64,000 nucleotides of DNA from an uncultured Chlamydiae bacterium (GTDB lineage: Bacteria; Chlamydiota; Chlamydiia; Chlamydiales; Parachlamydiaceae), in assembly GCA_963830365.1 (NCBI GenBank), contig CAWHMU010000047.1:25960-89959 (forward strand), read 5' to 3'. Both the position numbers and the translations under genes were made by a program. Under the pieces are notes generated by a model. The model made no database searches. It had not been told where the DNA came from and was given only the letters and a program-made list of their open reading frames with translations. Shown piece after piece: positions 1 through 10,584 of the stretch (position 1 is its first letter; each line of letters starts with the position of its first letter).

Positions 1-1381
1 ACATTCTGTCGTAGCTGAAGACATAGTCGCCAGTGCGGTGGCATGACAGGTCGGCATATTTGATGGCACCAATCCCTAGGGCTTTGGCCAATACTAGCCT
101 TTCATCGGATGGCATTTCAGGCGAGCGTTCGGCCAGGATTTTATCCGCATGCTCGATAGCGGCCTGCAGCAGGTCTATGAGACGCTCGGTGTCGCCTGAG
201 CGGGTGCGGAATTTCTTGCCATCGGGACCGATCACGAGGCCAAAGGGGACGTGATCGGCTCTTACCTTTTTAGGGTCCAGGTAGCCGGCTTTTTCGGCGG
301 CTTTAAAGATCATGCTGAAATGCTGGGCCTGTCCGGCATCGGTGACGATCATCAGGCGTTGGCATTTTTCAGTTTCGATGCGTTGGCGAATGGCTGCCAT
401 ATCGGTGGTGTCGTAATTATAGCCGCCATCGGATTTCTGGATCATGAGGGGGAGGGGATCGCCCTCGCGGTTTTGGAAGCCTTCGATGAAGATGCATTTG
501 GCGCCATTGGAAATGGTGACAAGGCCTTTAGCTTCCAGATCGGCGACGGTATCGGCCAGCATCGGATTGTAAAAGGATTCGCCGCGTTCGATGACATGGA
601 CATCCAGCAGGTCGTAAATCTCCTGGTAGGCTTTGCGCGAAATGTCGCAGATGATCTGCCAGGCTTTGAGGGTGTGCGGGTCGCCTCCCTGCAGGGCGAC
701 GACTTCCAGCTGGGATTTCTTTTTGAATTCGGGGTCGTCATCGAAGCGTTGTTTGGAGGCTCTATACCAGGCCACCAGGTGTGTCAGATTGGTAGATTCT
801 TCTCCGCTAAGCACTTGCGGCGCCTGTTCTTTCATATAGGCTATCAGCATGCCGAAGGCCGTGCCCCAATCGCCGATATGGTTTAAGCGCAGCACCTCAT
901 AGCCAAGAAACTCAAAAAGACGCGCCAGGCAGTCGCCGATGATGGTGGAGCGTAGATGTCCCACATGCATTTCTTTAGCGGTATTGGGAGCCGAGAAATC
1001 TACAATCACGCGTTCTTTGCGCTTATTGCTATCTATGCCAAGGTGTGCATCATGCAACATGCCGTTAAGATAATGCGAGATGAAATGCGGTGCAAGCGTC
1101 AGGTTGATGAAGCCCGCCCCTGCAATGGTGGGTTCCAAAAGTATGGGATGCCCGTGAACATCGTTTCTATCGAGCTTGGGCACGAGGGCTTCGGCGATTT
1201 CGCGCGGCTTAAGCTGCAGTATTTTGGCCAGCTTCATGGCGGAATTGCATTGATAATGTCCGAATTTGTCTTGTGTGCTTTGGACAACTTCAAGCGGGAT
1301 TTCTGCCTTTTCAAGCTGTGGATAGGTTGCTAAAATGGCCTGGCGGAATTTTTCACGCAGCAGATCTATTATTTTTTGCAT
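1..1381 (-). CDS. argS: Arginine--tRNA ligase (5' part; runs off the window edge)
   Basis: Manual minus-strand translation from ATG at 1381: MQKIIDLLREKF...FGHYQCNSAMKL...AKEMHVGHLRSTIIGDCLARLFEFLGYEVLRLNHIGDWGTAFGMLI (class I HIGH-type motif). Absent from the ORF track because there is no stop in the window. Confidence 0.95.
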   Translation of the reverse strand, partial: MQKIIDLLREKFRQAILATYPQLEKAEIPLEVVQSTQDKFGHYQCNSAMKLAKILQLKPREIAEALVPKLDRNDVHGHPILLEPTIAGAGFINLTLAPHFISHYLNGMLHDAHLGIDSNKRKERVIVDFSAPNTAKEMHVGHLRSTIIGDCLARLFEFLGYEVLRLNHIGDWGTAFGMLIAYMKEQAPQVLSGEESTNLTHLVAWYRASKQRFDDDPEFKKKSQLEVVALQGGDPHTLKAWQIICDISRKAYQEIYDLLDVHVIERGESFYNPMLADTVADLEAKGLVTISNGAKCIFIEGFQNREGDPLPLMIQKSDGGYNYDTTDMAAIRQRIETEKCQRLMIVTDAGQAQHFSMIFKAAEKAGYLDPKKVRADHVPFGLVIGPDGKKFRTRSGDTERLIDLLQAAIEHADKILAERSPEMPSDERLVLAKALGIGAIKYADLSCHRTGDYVFSYDRM

Positions 1382-1397
1382 AATTAAAGGATAAAGT

Positions 1398-2477
1398 TTA
1401 ATGGGTAAATAATATGGGGTGGGTGCGTTTGCCGACAAAATGTTTCAGATTGTATTCAGCGATCTCATCAGCTACTGCGCTCGTCGTCTTGTTTTCAGCT
1501 TCGGCCCGGCGGAATATCTGCAACAGGTGGTCGAAAATGCGGTTGACCTTATCGCGCGAAGTTTTTGGATTGTAGCCTTCGGGGTCGAATTCAATCGAGG
1601 CGTTAATGATGCCGCCGGCATTGATGATGAAATCAGGGGCATAAAGGATACCCCGATCCAGCAACTGCTGGCTCTGTTCCCTGCTAGCCAGCTGGTTGTT
1701 GGCGCCGCCGGCCACGGCTTGGCAGCGCAGCAAAGGCACAGTTTCTGCATTGATGATCCCGCCCAAGGCGCAGGGAGCAAAGATGTCGCAGTCTACCTGG
1801 AAGATATCGCCGGCATCGATGCTGCGCGCGCCGAAATCATGTACATACTTATGCACTAGTGGCTGGTCGATATCGCACACGATTAAATCGGCACCCTGCC
1901 AAAACAGCAGGTTTGCCAATTTGCTGCCCACGCTGCCAAGGCCTTGGATGGCGATGGTTTTGCCCTGCAGGGAAGGGGAATTCCATAATTTCTGCGCCGC
2001 CGCCTGGATGCCGCGGAAGATCCCCCAGGCGGTGTAAGGACTGGGATCGCCGCTGCTTTTGTCTTTGGAGGTGGCGGCCACATAGGGCGTACGTTGGTGA
2101 ATGAGGTTCATATCCGAGGTGTTGGAGCCGACGTCTTCTGCAGCGATATAAAGTCCTTTCAGAGAATCGACAACTTCAGCAAAGGCGTGCAGCAGCTCGG
2201 TGGTCTTATCTTTATGCGGATCGGCGATGATCACGCTTTTGCCCCCGCCTAATCCGTCTTCAATAGCGGCAGATTTGTATGTCATGGCCTTGGCAAGACG
2301 TAAGGCATCTTGCAAAGCATCGTCACTGGAGGCATATTTATGGATGCGCGTGCCTCCCAACGACGGGCCGAGATCGCAATTATGAATGGCGATGAAGCAA
2401 TGCAATCCTCTGGCGGGATCAAGTCCTTCGATGACTTTCTTGTAGCCGGGAATGGCGAGCTCTTTAATTGTCAGCAT
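1398..2477 (-). CDS. Glu/Leu/Phe/Val dehydrogenase (leucine dehydrogenase-like)
   Basis: LGGTR, LAKAMTYK, GGGKSVI, AEDVG, IQGLGSVG, PDFIINAGGII motifs; probable start MLTIKE at 2477. Confidence 0.9.
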   Translation of the reverse strand: MLTIKELAIPGYKKVIEGLDPARGLHCFIAIHNCDLGPSLGGTRIHKYASSDDALQDALRLAKAMTYKSAAIEDGLGGGKSVIIADPHKDKTTELLHAFAEVVDSLKGLYIAAEDVGSNTSDMNLIHQRTPYVAATSKDKSSGDPSPYTAWGIFRGIQAAAQKLWNSPSLQGKTIAIQGLGSVGSKLANLLFWQGADLIVCDIDQPLVHKYVHDFGARSIDAGDIFQVDCDIFAPCALGGIINAETVPLLRCQAVAGGANNQLASREQSQQLLDRGILYAPDFIINAGGIINASIEFDPEGYNPKTSRDKVNRIFDHLLQIFRRAEAENKTTSAVADEIAEYNLKHFVGKRTHPILFTH

Positions 2478-2552
2478 GATGATGCCTATGGCTTTAGTTG
2501 TTGGTGAATAAGGTATACCGAGCATGCTCCATCAAGCAAGAAAAATCTCCGC

Positions 2553-2891
2553 AATTTTCGGGCCCGAATTCTCTATTTTCACCATAGAGGCATAGAGGCA
2601 TAGAGACATAGAGGCACATAGGGGGAACACACGCCTAAGACTAAATCATGGCATAGCATCTTATAAAAATAAAATAAGAGGGTACGCACGATAGGCAAGT
2701 TAAATACAGGAAGATGATAGGCAGCCTCCAGTGGGAGTCTGTCTTTTCCTCTGTTTCCGCCTGCATTTATCCGGCCGATGCTGATATTAATTTTTAGGCT
2801 GCTGTGCCCTTTATCAGGACTGAGCTAGATCTTTCTCTGTGCCTCAGTGGTGAAAATTGGAAATTTAGACAAAGGTGCGGGCACGGAAATT
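2553..2891. repeat. Palindromic miniature element, family A (TTCACCA.AGAGGCAC.GAG arms)
   Basis: Left arm AATTTTCGGGCCCG...TTTTCACCATAGAGGCATAGAGGCATAGAGACATAGAGG; right arm CTCTGTGCCTCAGTGGTGAAAATT...CGGGCACGGAAATT. Confidence 0.75.
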
Positions 2892-3005
2892 AACCCTTCC
2901 CTCCTAATAATTTTGTTGCTGCATAATCTGATTGATGGTTATACTAGCCAATTAATTGTCCAGCCAGTATTCAATCACGTATAAAATCATGTCATAGAGG
3001 TTACG

Positions 3006-3725
3006 ATGTCGGTTGTCATTACAGAAGAGATCAAGCATGAGCTGCAACGCTTTCTCGAGGAAAATAGTTCAGCCGAGCTCATTAACACCTATCTATATTT
3101 TATCGAGCTCAAGTTTAATCTTAAGCCGGTGGTCTTCCCCAAGGATAAAATCATTTATCAGAGTGCTGAAGATGCCGTGCGCCAGCTGGAGAAAGAGGGC
3201 AAGTTATGGCATGAAGCCGAAATCAAAATCGGTTTTAGCAACCAGAGCGTAAACGAACTGACCAAAAAGATCTATATCTGCCCTTTTACCGGCAAAGTAT
3301 TTGGCGATAACACCCACCCCAATCCCCAAGATGCGATTTACGATTGGATATCCAAATGCCCGGAAAACAAGGAACGCATTGGCGGCTTGCCTGCCAAACG
3401 CTTTCATATTTCTGAAGATCCAGAAGTCATTCAAAGCTATCTTGCCAAAGTAAAGCATAAAGAACCGATCACTAAAGTGGTTTATTCTTCAGTCTTGAAT
3501 GGCAAATTGTTCATCAGCAAACAAGCTGTCATCGACGATTTTAAAGCCAACTATCTGAAACGCGTGTCGCTGGTTGAAGTACAGAGTCAAAACCGTTTCC
3601 AGATTGAAGAGCATTTCTTGGCTTTCATCCAGAAACAGCTGGCCGAAGAAAAAGTCGGGGTCTTTGTCGAAGCCTTGGCCGATTTTAAAGAATTCATGCC
3701 TTTTGTCGAGCAGTGGGTGGAATAA
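3006..3725 (+). CDS. Chlamydiae-specific conserved protein (DUF2709-like)
   Basis: IYICPFTGKVFGDNTHPNPQDAIYDWISKCPEN motif; upstream of tsaE as in chlamydial genomes. Confidence 0.75.
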   Translation: MSVVITEEIKHELQRFLEENSSAELINTYLYFIELKFNLKPVVFPKDKIIYQSAEDAVRQLEKEGKLWHEAEIKIGFSNQSVNELTKKIYICPFTGKVFGDNTHPNPQDAIYDWISKCPENKERIGGLPAKRFHISEDPEVIQSYLAKVKHKEPITKVVYSSVLNGKLFISKQAVIDDFKANYLKRVSLVEVQSQNRFQIEEHFLAFIQKQLAEEKVGVFVEALADFKEFMPFVEQWVE

Positions 3726-3755
3726 GGCAGAACACTACGCCGCATTAGAGCGATT

Positions 3756-4184
3756 ATGGTTCAATATATCTCGCATTCTGCGGTCGAGACCCGGGCCTTA
3801 GGCATGGATATCGGTAAAGCATTGCCTGTCAACACCCTCCTCTGTTTTTATGGCGATCTTGGAGCCGGCAAGACTACTTTTATTAAAGGCCTTGCTGCCG
3901 GCGTGCTGGGGAGTTCCGGCGAAGAGGTTAATAGCCCAACCTTCACCTATCTCAATATCTACCATGGCATAAAGACACTCTATCATTTTGATCTCTACCG
4001 TTTGCGTGATGTAGACGAATTTTTAGGCATGGGTTTTGACGAGATGTTCGATGCCGGGGGGGTATGTTGCATCGAATGGGCAGAAAAACTCGCCCCCTTG
4101 GCATTGCCGATGGCCATCCGGATTGAGATGGCTCACCTCGGTGGCGACAGCAGGTCTATTGAAATTACCCCGGTATTGGATTAA
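3756..4184 (+). CDS. tsaE: tRNA threonylcarbamoyladenosine biosynthesis ATPase TsaE
   Basis: GDLGAGKTTF, SPTF, HFDLYRL, IEWA. Confidence 0.95.
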   Translation: MVQYISHSAVETRALGMDIGKALPVNTLLCFYGDLGAGKTTFIKGLAAGVLGSSGEEVNSPTFTYLNIYHGIKTLYHFDLYRLRDVDEFLGMGFDEMFDAGGVCCIEWAEKLAPLALPMAIRIEMAHLGGDSRSIEITPVLD

Positions 4185-4192
4185 AATAAATT

Positions 4193-4807
4193 ATGGCTAA
4201 ATATACCTTTAAAAACCCACTTTTTGTGACGTCGGCGACAAAAGCCGATAAATATCCCACTCTGCGGGCTGATTCGGGTAAGGAATTACCCGAAATTGCC
4301 GTGGCCGGCCGTTCTAATGTCGGCAAATCGAGTTTGCTCAACCACCTTTTTCAACGCCGCGATTTGGTCAAGACGTCCTCGATCCCCGGCAAAACCCAGT
4401 TGATAAATTTCTTCACGCTGGACAAAGCCCTGACCTTTGTGGACTTACCCGGTTATGGCTACGCCAAGGTGCCGGAGAAGACACGCAAGCAGTGGGGGCC
4501 GATGATCCAGGAGTATTTGGATAAACGTCCACAGCTGAAACTGATCATCTTTTTGTTCGATATCCGGCGCATCCCCAATGAAGAAGATAAAATGTTTTTG
4601 GAGTGGGTTGCGCATCGCCAAATTGCGATGATTTTAGTTATTACAAAAGTGGATAAAGTAACGACTAATGAAAAAAATATAAACACCAAGAAAATTTTAG
4701 AAGCTTTTAATTGTGAAAATCTTTACTATACTCATTATTCGACCACAAAAAATATCGGGCGTAAAGAATTAGTCCTCATGCTTCTTGATGCCCTTAAAGA
4801 AGAGTAG
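4193..4807 (+). CDS. engB: Ribosome biogenesis GTPase YihA/EngB
   Basis: AGRSNVGKSSLLN, PGKTQLINFF, DLPGYGYA, TKVDK. Confidence 0.95.
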   Translation: MAKYTFKNPLFVTSATKADKYPTLRADSGKELPEIAVAGRSNVGKSSLLNHLFQRRDLVKTSSIPGKTQLINFFTLDKALTFVDLPGYGYAKVPEKTRKQWGPMIQEYLDKRPQLKLIIFLFDIRRIPNEEDKMFLEWVAHRQIAMILVITKVDKVTTNEKNINTKKILEAFNCENLYYTHYSTTKNIGRKELVLMLLDALKEE

Positions 4808-4833
4808 CTTGAATAAGCGGCTGCTAAACAATA

Positions 4834-5589
4834 GTGATGGATCAGATGCAGAAAACTCAATTCGTATGTATCGACTGTGAAACGACAGGCCTAGATACTC
4901 AAAAGGATCGCATCATCGAGGTGGCGGCGGTAAAATTCAGTTTTACCGAAGTTTTCGACACCTTTGAGTCGCTGGTCGATCCCCAATGCGAAATCCCTGA
5001 AGTATCGATCGCCATCCACCATATCACCGCCGACATGGTGGCCGGCAAACCCCAAATCCGCGCGCTACTACCCGAGATTCTGCAGTTTGTCGGCAAACAT
5101 ATCATCGTAGGACATGGTGTGGGCTTTGATATCGAAATGATCGCCAATGCCGCCGACCGGGCCGGCATACCTTGCTGTCTAAAGCATAATCCTTATCTGG
5201 ATACCTTGCGCATGGCTCGCCTGTATGGCGAAAGCCCCACGAATTCCCTTGAACAGCTACGCCAGCATTTCAATATACTGCCTGAAGGCGCCCACCGCGC
5301 CATGAGCGATGTGGTTGTCAACATGGAAGTCTTCAAATACCTGGCCAAGAACTATCGCACGCTAGAGCAGCTTTTTGACATACTATCCAGGCCGATACAA
5401 CTTAAAACGATGCCCCTAGGTAAGCATAAAGGACGTCCTCTCAAAGAGATTCCTATTGAATATCTCATGTGGGCCTCCCATAAGGACTTCGATCAGGATT
5501 TGCTTTTTTCACTGCGCTCGGAAATAAAGAGACGCAAAAAAGGCAACCTCTTCTCCCAGGCCGGCAATCCCTTTGGCGTACTCGAATAA
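4834..5589 (+). CDS. dnaQ: DEDDh 3'-5' exonuclease (DNA Pol III epsilon-like) with C-terminal DUF3820-like domain
   Basis: IDCETTG, GHGVGFD, AHRAMSDV; C-terminal MPLGKHKG...IPIEYLMWA. Confidence 0.8.
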   Translation: MMDQMQKTQFVCIDCETTGLDTQKDRIIEVAAVKFSFTEVFDTFESLVDPQCEIPEVSIAIHHITADMVAGKPQIRALLPEILQFVGKHIIVGHGVGFDIEMIANAADRAGIPCCLKHNPYLDTLRMARLYGESPTNSLEQLRQHFNILPEGAHRAMSDVVVNMEVFKYLAKNYRTLEQLFDILSRPIQLKTMPLGKHKGRPLKEIPIEYLMWASHKDFDQDLLFSLRSEIKRRKKGNLFSQAGNPFGVLE

Positions 5590-5957
5590 TTCAACGCAAA
5601 TGAACAGCCTCAAATGAATAGCCAAGAGGCTGCAAAGGAAGGCAATTCACCACAGAGGCACTGAGACACAGAGAAGTAAGCGGCAGATAACAGGTGCAGG
5701 ATAGTCAGGATAAACAAAACGCCAAGCTTTTTTTATATCATTGTCTTTGCATATTAGGCTGTGAATGCGATTCAACGTAAAGATATCTGCGATGCTCAGG
5801 ATGAACACTGTCGTCAACCGGTAAGGCAGGTAAAGATACCCTTTTACTGTGTTTATCCTGACTATCCTACTGCATCCTGTTATTTGCTGCTTGTTTCTCG
5901 GTGTCTCCGTGGTGAATTGCCGTACTTTGCGCCTTTGCTGAAACTGTTTCTCAACGC
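5590..5957. repeat. Palindromic miniature element, family A
   Basis: GGCAATTCACCACAGAGGCACTGAGACACAGAGAAG...CAGGATAGTCAGGATAAACA pairs with TGTTTATCCTGACTATCCT...TCTCGGTGTCTCCGTGGTGAATTGCC (about 80-bp imperfect arms). Confidence 0.85.
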
Positions 5958-6029
5958 GCTTTATCTTTTATCTTCGATCCTTTATCCTTATCATTCATTC
6001 ATCATCCTTAAATAATATGGAGGCAGCTG

Positions 6030-6935
6030 ATGCGTAAACAAAGCGCCAATCATCTCGAGAAAGGTTCTTTTGAAGTCAAGGTCGGTCTGGCAGAGATGCT
6101 GAAGGGCGGTGTTATCATGGATGTCACCAACCCCGAGCAAGCCAAAATTGCTGAAGATGCCGGCGCCGTCGCGGTCATGGCCTTGGAGCGAATTCCCTCC
6201 GATATCCGTGCTCAAGGCGGGGTGGCACGCATGTCGCATGCCGAGCTGATCCAGAAAATCCAGGAAGCTGTCTCCATTCCCGTCATGGCCAAATGCCGCA
6301 TCGGCCACTTCGTCGAGGCACAAATTCTCGAAGCGCTCTTTGTCGATTTTATCGATGAAAGCGAAGTGCTGACGCCTGCCGATGAAGAATATCATATCGA
6401 CAAAAATAATTTCAAAATACCCTTCGTATGCGGCTGCCGCAATCTCGGCGAAGCCTTGCGGCGCATCGGCGAAGGCGCTGCCATGATCCGCACCAAAGGC
6501 GAAGCCGGTACAGGTAATATCGTCGAAGCTGTCCGCCATATGCGCACTGTCAACCGCGATATCCGCCGCCTGGTAGGCCTGGATCATGCCGAATTAATGA
6601 CCGAAGCCAAGCTGCTTGGCGCCCCCTACCACCTGGTAGAACAGGTGGCCAAGACCGGCAAGCTGCCCGTGCCAAACTTTGCCGCCGGCGGCATCGCCAC
6701 TCCTGCCGATGCAGCCATGATGATGCAGCTAGGGGCCGAAAGTATCTTTGTCGGTTCGGGGATATTCAAATCCGCCGATCCGGCGCAGCGCGCCAAAGCC
6801 ATCGTAGCGGCAGCGACCTACTACAACGATCCTTGCATGCTGGCAAAAATCTCGATGGGATTGCTCGACGCTATGCCCGGCATCGATATGCAAAAAATCA
6901 AAGCCGAAGACCTTTTAGCGCCCAGAGGGTGGTAA
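6030..6935 (+). CDS. pdxS: Pyridoxal 5'-phosphate synthase lyase subunit
   Basis: [52 protein letters not shown]. Confidence 0.97.
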   Translation: MRKQSANHLEKGSFEVKVGLAEMLKGGVIMDVTNPEQAKIAEDAGAVAVMALERIPSDIRAQGGVARMSHAELIQKIQEAVSIPVMAKCRIGHFVEAQILEALFVDFIDESEVLTPADEEYHIDKNNFKIPFVCGCRNLGEALRRIGEGAAMIRTKGEAGTGNIVEAVRHMRTVNRDIRRLVGLDHAELMTEAKLLGAPYHLVEQVAKTGKLPVPNFAAGGIATPADAAMMMQLGAESIFVGSGIFKSADPAQRAKAIVAAATYYNDPCMLAKISMGLLDAMPGIDMQKIKAEDLLAPRGW

Positions 6936-6963
6936 ATAAAGGCTGGTAAATGGAGAGTGTTAG

Positions 6964-7545
6964 ATGAAGTCTGTGGTCGTAGGCGTACTGGCGCTGCAAG
7001 GCGCTTTTGCAAAACATATGCAGATGCTGCGGCAGCTGGGTGTCAGGGCTATCGAAGTGCGCAAGCCCGAAGAGCTGGCTGCCTGCGATGCGCTGATCAT
7101 TCCCGGCGGGGAATCGACGACTATGCTGAAACAGATGGAATTTATCGATTTCTTCGCAGCATTCCGTCATTTTTCACAACATAAACCCGTCTTTGGTACA
7201 TGTGCCGGACTGATTCTGATGTCGCATGATGTCGTTGGCGATACCATGCGCCCTTTTGATTTGCTTGATATCGGGGTAGAGCGCAATGCCTTCGGACGCC
7301 AGGCCGAATCCTTCCAAGCTGACATTGCTGTCACGCTGGGGCCGGGCAAGCCCTCAGTCTTTCCAGCCGTCTTCATCCGTGCGCCGCGCATCCGCCGGGT
7401 AGGGGGCGATGTCCAAGTACTGGCCAGCCATGCAGAAGAGCCAGTACTGGTACAGCAAGGTCGCCATTTGGCGGCCACCTTCCACCCCGAACTTACCTCT
7501 GACACCACTATCCACGCCCATTTCCTGAAGCTTTTAAAAGGCTAG
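6964..7545 (+). CDS. pdxT: PLP synthase glutaminase subunit
   Basis: GVLALQGAF, PGGEST, GTCAGLI, RNAFGRQ, FIRAP, FHPEL. Confidence 0.97.
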   Translation: MKSVVVGVLALQGAFAKHMQMLRQLGVRAIEVRKPEELAACDALIIPGGESTTMLKQMEFIDFFAAFRHFSQHKPVFGTCAGLILMSHDVVGDTMRPFDLLDIGVERNAFGRQAESFQADIAVTLGPGKPSVFPAVFIRAPRIRRVGGDVQVLASHAEEPVLVQQGRHLAATFHPELTSDTTIHAHFLKLLKG

Positions 7546-7565
7546 ACTATTGCAGGGTGCCAAAA

Positions 7566-7735
7566 ATGGACGATGCGGACAATGCGGACAGTGCGGACGA
7601 GGCGGACAGCGCCATGCAAGAAACCATGCCGTTTGCATGCCCGTACCACATCGTCCGCTGAGGGCTCAGATAGCCACCTCCGGATGGGGGTGAGGGCGTG
7701 TAGCCCAGGGCAAGCGGCAGCGCAGCCCTGGGTGA
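7566..7735. repeat. 9-bp tandem repeat (GCGGACAnT) plus REP-like GTAGCCCAGGGC...GCCCTGGG palindrome
   Basis: ATGCGGACA ATGCGGACA GTGCGGACG AGGCGGACA at about 7573-7608; GTAGCCCAGGGCAAGCGGCAGCGCAGCCCTGGG at about 7700-7732. Confidence 0.6.
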
Positions 7736-7822
7736 TTCATGTTAAAAATGCACCCCTGATAGGGGTGGGGCCTACTAATAACAAATGCGCACCTTAATCT
7801 GATCATAACAAGGAGTTGTGAT

Positions 7823-8170
7823 ATGAGCCTGCCAGCATTAGATCTAGCCAGTTTGAAACAAGAGTATGGTGACTATGGACGGAAGACTATTGAACAGATG
7901 CAAAAAGTCTTGAATTTGCATGGGTTCGCTATCACATATAATCCAGCCACCGGCCAATTTACCATCCCCAACAGTTCACATCCAGACGAGAGAAGAAAGA
8001 TTGAATCTCTCTTTACTATAAATAGCTACCAAGGATGGCAACCAAAAATACTTGCTGAAATCGTTGAGGGAAGAAACCTGCGCGTAAAATTAGAATGTTT
8101 TGTTTCTGACTCTGATATAACGGAGTTATACCACGCGCTGGCAGGTCGTGAGCGTTCAAATCTAAAATGA
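7823..8170 (+). CDS. Hypothetical protein
   Basis: 115-aa ORF with AAGGAG RBS; more AT-rich than its flanks; no recognisable motif. Confidence 0.65.
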   Translation: MSLPALDLASLKQEYGDYGRKTIEQMQKVLNLHGFAITYNPATGQFTIPNSSHPDERRKIESLFTINSYQGWQPKILAEIVEGRNLRVKLECFVSDSDITELYHALAGRERSNLK

Positions 8171-8196
8171 TTTTTACCATGCTCTTTACGCCTTTT

Positions 8197-8832
8197 TTAT
8201 GGTGCTAGGCGGTCGAGCTGCCATGCGGCGCCTTGCAAAGTATAGCAGAAGCGGTCGTGCAGCCGGTCTTTGCGCCCTTGCCAGAATTCAAAGCGGCGGG
8301 GGTGCAGGCGGAAGCCTCCCCATGATGGCGGGAGCGGGATTTCTTGGTCGGTATATTTCTTTTCCAAAGCTGCATAAGCCTCCTCAAGGACTTGGCGCGA
8401 AGCAATGACCGTGCTTTGCGGTGAAGCCAAGGCGCTGAGCTGGCTGCCGCGCGGACGGGCGGCAAAGTATTTTTTAGCCTCCTCACGGCTGATCTTGGTG
8501 ACTTCCCCTTCGATATTTACCTGGCGCTCCAATTCCTTCCAAAGAAAAGTCACGGCGGCATAGGGCGTAGCTGCCAAATGGCAGCTTTTGCGGCTGTGGT
8601 AGTTGGTGAAGAAGACAAGGCCCTGTTCATCAAATTCCTTCATCAAGACTGTGCGGCAGGAGGGTTTGCCCTCCGGCGTGACGGTGGCCAGCGCCATGGC
8701 ATTGGCTTCAATGATGTTAGCTTGCCGTGTGTCGGCAAACCAATCTAGAAACTGGCGGAATGGACTATCTGCCAATTGATGGCGCCTGAGTTGGCTAAAT
8801 TTATAGTCGCGCCGCAAATCTTTGAATTCCAT
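8197..8832 (-). CDS. pdxH: Pyridoxine/pyridoxamine 5'-phosphate oxidase
   Basis: AMALAT, FFTNYHSRK, ERQVNIEG, EFWQGRKDRLHDR. Confidence 0.95.
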   Translation of the reverse strand: MEFKDLRRDYKFSQLRRHQLADSPFRQFLDWFADTRQANIIEANAMALATVTPEGKPSCRTVLMKEFDEQGLVFFTNYHSRKSCHLAATPYAAVTFLWKELERQVNIEGEVTKISREEAKKYFAARPRGSQLSALASPQSTVIASRQVLEEAYAALEKKYTDQEIPLPPSWGGFRLHPRRFEFWQGRKDRLHDRFCYTLQGAAWQLDRLAP

Positions 8833-8860
8833 CGTTATTACACCTACGTCTTTAATGATC

Positions 8861-9082
8861 TAGTCTCTGAATCCGATTCAACGCCAAGAAACAGCCCATA
8901 GACGCAAAGCAAACAAGCAGCAAAATAAGCTAAACAGGATGGCCGCCTAGCCATGACACTATCGCTGTGATTGGTCTCTGTTGCCACCCAGGTTTTTCCT
9001 GCCTGTCCCGTTTACTCCTCTGTGTCTTCAGTGTCTCTGTGGTGAATTGCCTTCCTTTACGTTGAATCGGAGGCACAGGCTA
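8861..9082. repeat. Family A-related miniature element with TAG.CT.TG..TCCGATTCAACG terminal inverted repeats
   Basis: TAGTCTCTGAATCCGATTCAACG ... CGTTGAATCGGAGGCACAGGCTA; contains CTCTGTGTCTTCAGTGTCTCTGTGGTGAATTGCC. Confidence 0.7.
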
Positions 9083-9267
9083 TTACCTAAGTACAATGTA
9101 ACAAAATGTTACAAGCCTTCCCTTTCCCATTGGAATACCTGTGGTATAGCATTATGCGCTTGACAGGCGCAAGCAAAATGGCATATAGCTGATATTTATA
9201 AAACATATTTTGATGTTTGCATAAGATTTGCACGATCACATTCCAAGACTATTCCTGGAGCCTTATT

Positions 9268-10482
9268 ATGACGAAACTCTCACTGGCCGACTTAGCCCTT
9301 AAAGATAAAAAAGTGCTGATGCGCGTCGATTTCAATGTGCCGCTGGATAGCCATCAGCATATTACCGACGATACCCGCATCAAGGCGGCGTTGCCCTCCA
9401 TCCGCTATGTCATCGAACATGGCGCAGCTTTGGTGCTGATGAGCCATTTGGGACGTCCCAATGATAAATGCGTGCCCGAACTGTCTTTAAAGCCATGCGC
9501 CGAACGCCTTTCTCAGCTTTTGGGCCAGCCGGTGCAGCTTGCGCCGGATTGCATAGGTGCCGATGTCGAACGCCTGGTGCAGGCCATGAAGCCAGGGCAG
9601 GTGCTTTTGCTGGAAAATCTTCGTTTCCACCGTGGCGAGGAGCATCCTGATGAGGACAAAAGTTTTGTGCAGCAACTGGCAAAGCTTGGCGAGATCTATG
9701 TCAATGATGCTTTCGGCACCGCCCACCGGGCACATGCGTCAACGGCTGTAATCACCACGTATTTTCCGGAGAAAGCCGCCGCCGGCTTTCTTTTGGAAAA
9801 GGAAATAAAATTCCTGGGCGAGACCCTCATTAATCCCAAACGCCCTTTTTGTGCCCTCATTGGCGGCGCCAAGATATCCACCAAATGCGGTGTCATCGAA
9901 GCTTTGATGAACAAGGCCGATGTGGTTTTGCTGGCCGGCGGTATGACGTACACTTTTCTTATTGCCCAAGGCATCGCCATCGGCAATTCCATTTATGAAG
10001 AGGATTTCATCCCCAAAGCCCGCGAGCTATTGGCGGCAAGCGGTAAAGGCAAAGCGCGCCTTGTGCTACCCAAAGACCTTGTCATCACCGATCTCATTAG
10101 ACAAGGCGCGCGTTTCCATGTCATCCCGGCCACGGCCGGCATTCCGGATGGCCGTCAAGGTGTCGATATCGGGCCTGAGACGATACAAGCCTATGCCGCC
10201 GAGCTGCGTAAGGCGGCCACCATCTTATGGAATGGCCCGGTCGGCGTCTTTGAAGTTCCGGCCTTTGCCAAAGGCACCAATGCCATCGCGCATGTGCTGG
10301 CGCAGCTGCCTGCCATCACTATTGTAGGCGGCGGCGATTCCATTGCGGCCGTGCAGGCGGCAGGCGTGGGCGATAACATAACGCATTTGTCTACCGGCGG
10401 CGGCGCCACCTTAGAATATATCGAATTTGGCACCTTGCCGGGTATTGAAGCCTTGACCGACAGCCGGCCACTGTATAGTTAG
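9268..10482 (+). CDS. pgk: Phosphoglycerate kinase
   Basis: RVDFNVP, SHLGRP, LLENLRF, NDAFGTAHRAHAS, WNGPVGVFE, GGGDS, HLSTGGGA. Confidence 0.97.
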   Translation: MTKLSLADLALKDKKVLMRVDFNVPLDSHQHITDDTRIKAALPSIRYVIEHGAALVLMSHLGRPNDKCVPELSLKPCAERLSQLLGQPVQLAPDCIGADVERLVQAMKPGQVLLLENLRFHRGEEHPDEDKSFVQQLAKLGEIYVNDAFGTAHRAHASTAVITTYFPEKAAAGFLLEKEIKFLGETLINPKRPFCALIGGAKISTKCGVIEALMNKADVVLLAGGMTYTFLIAQGIAIGNSIYEEDFIPKARELLAASGKGKARLVLPKDLVITDLIRQGARFHVIPATAGIPDGRQGVDIGPETIQAYAAELRKAATILWNGPVGVFEVPAFAKGTNAIAHVLAQLPAITIVGGGDSIAAVQAAGVGDNITHLSTGGGATLEYIEFGTLPGIEALTDSRPLYS

Positions 10483-10584
10483 TAAATATTTGAATGTTAT
10501 TAATTGAATTCAGTTGCTTTTATTCCCATTGTTATATACAATATAAGGACAATTATATGTAGTCTCTTAACCGCAAGGAGTCAC

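Noticed and set aside
251..1333. Plus-strand ORFs of 211 and 125 aa
   Set aside because: Antisense shadows of argS.
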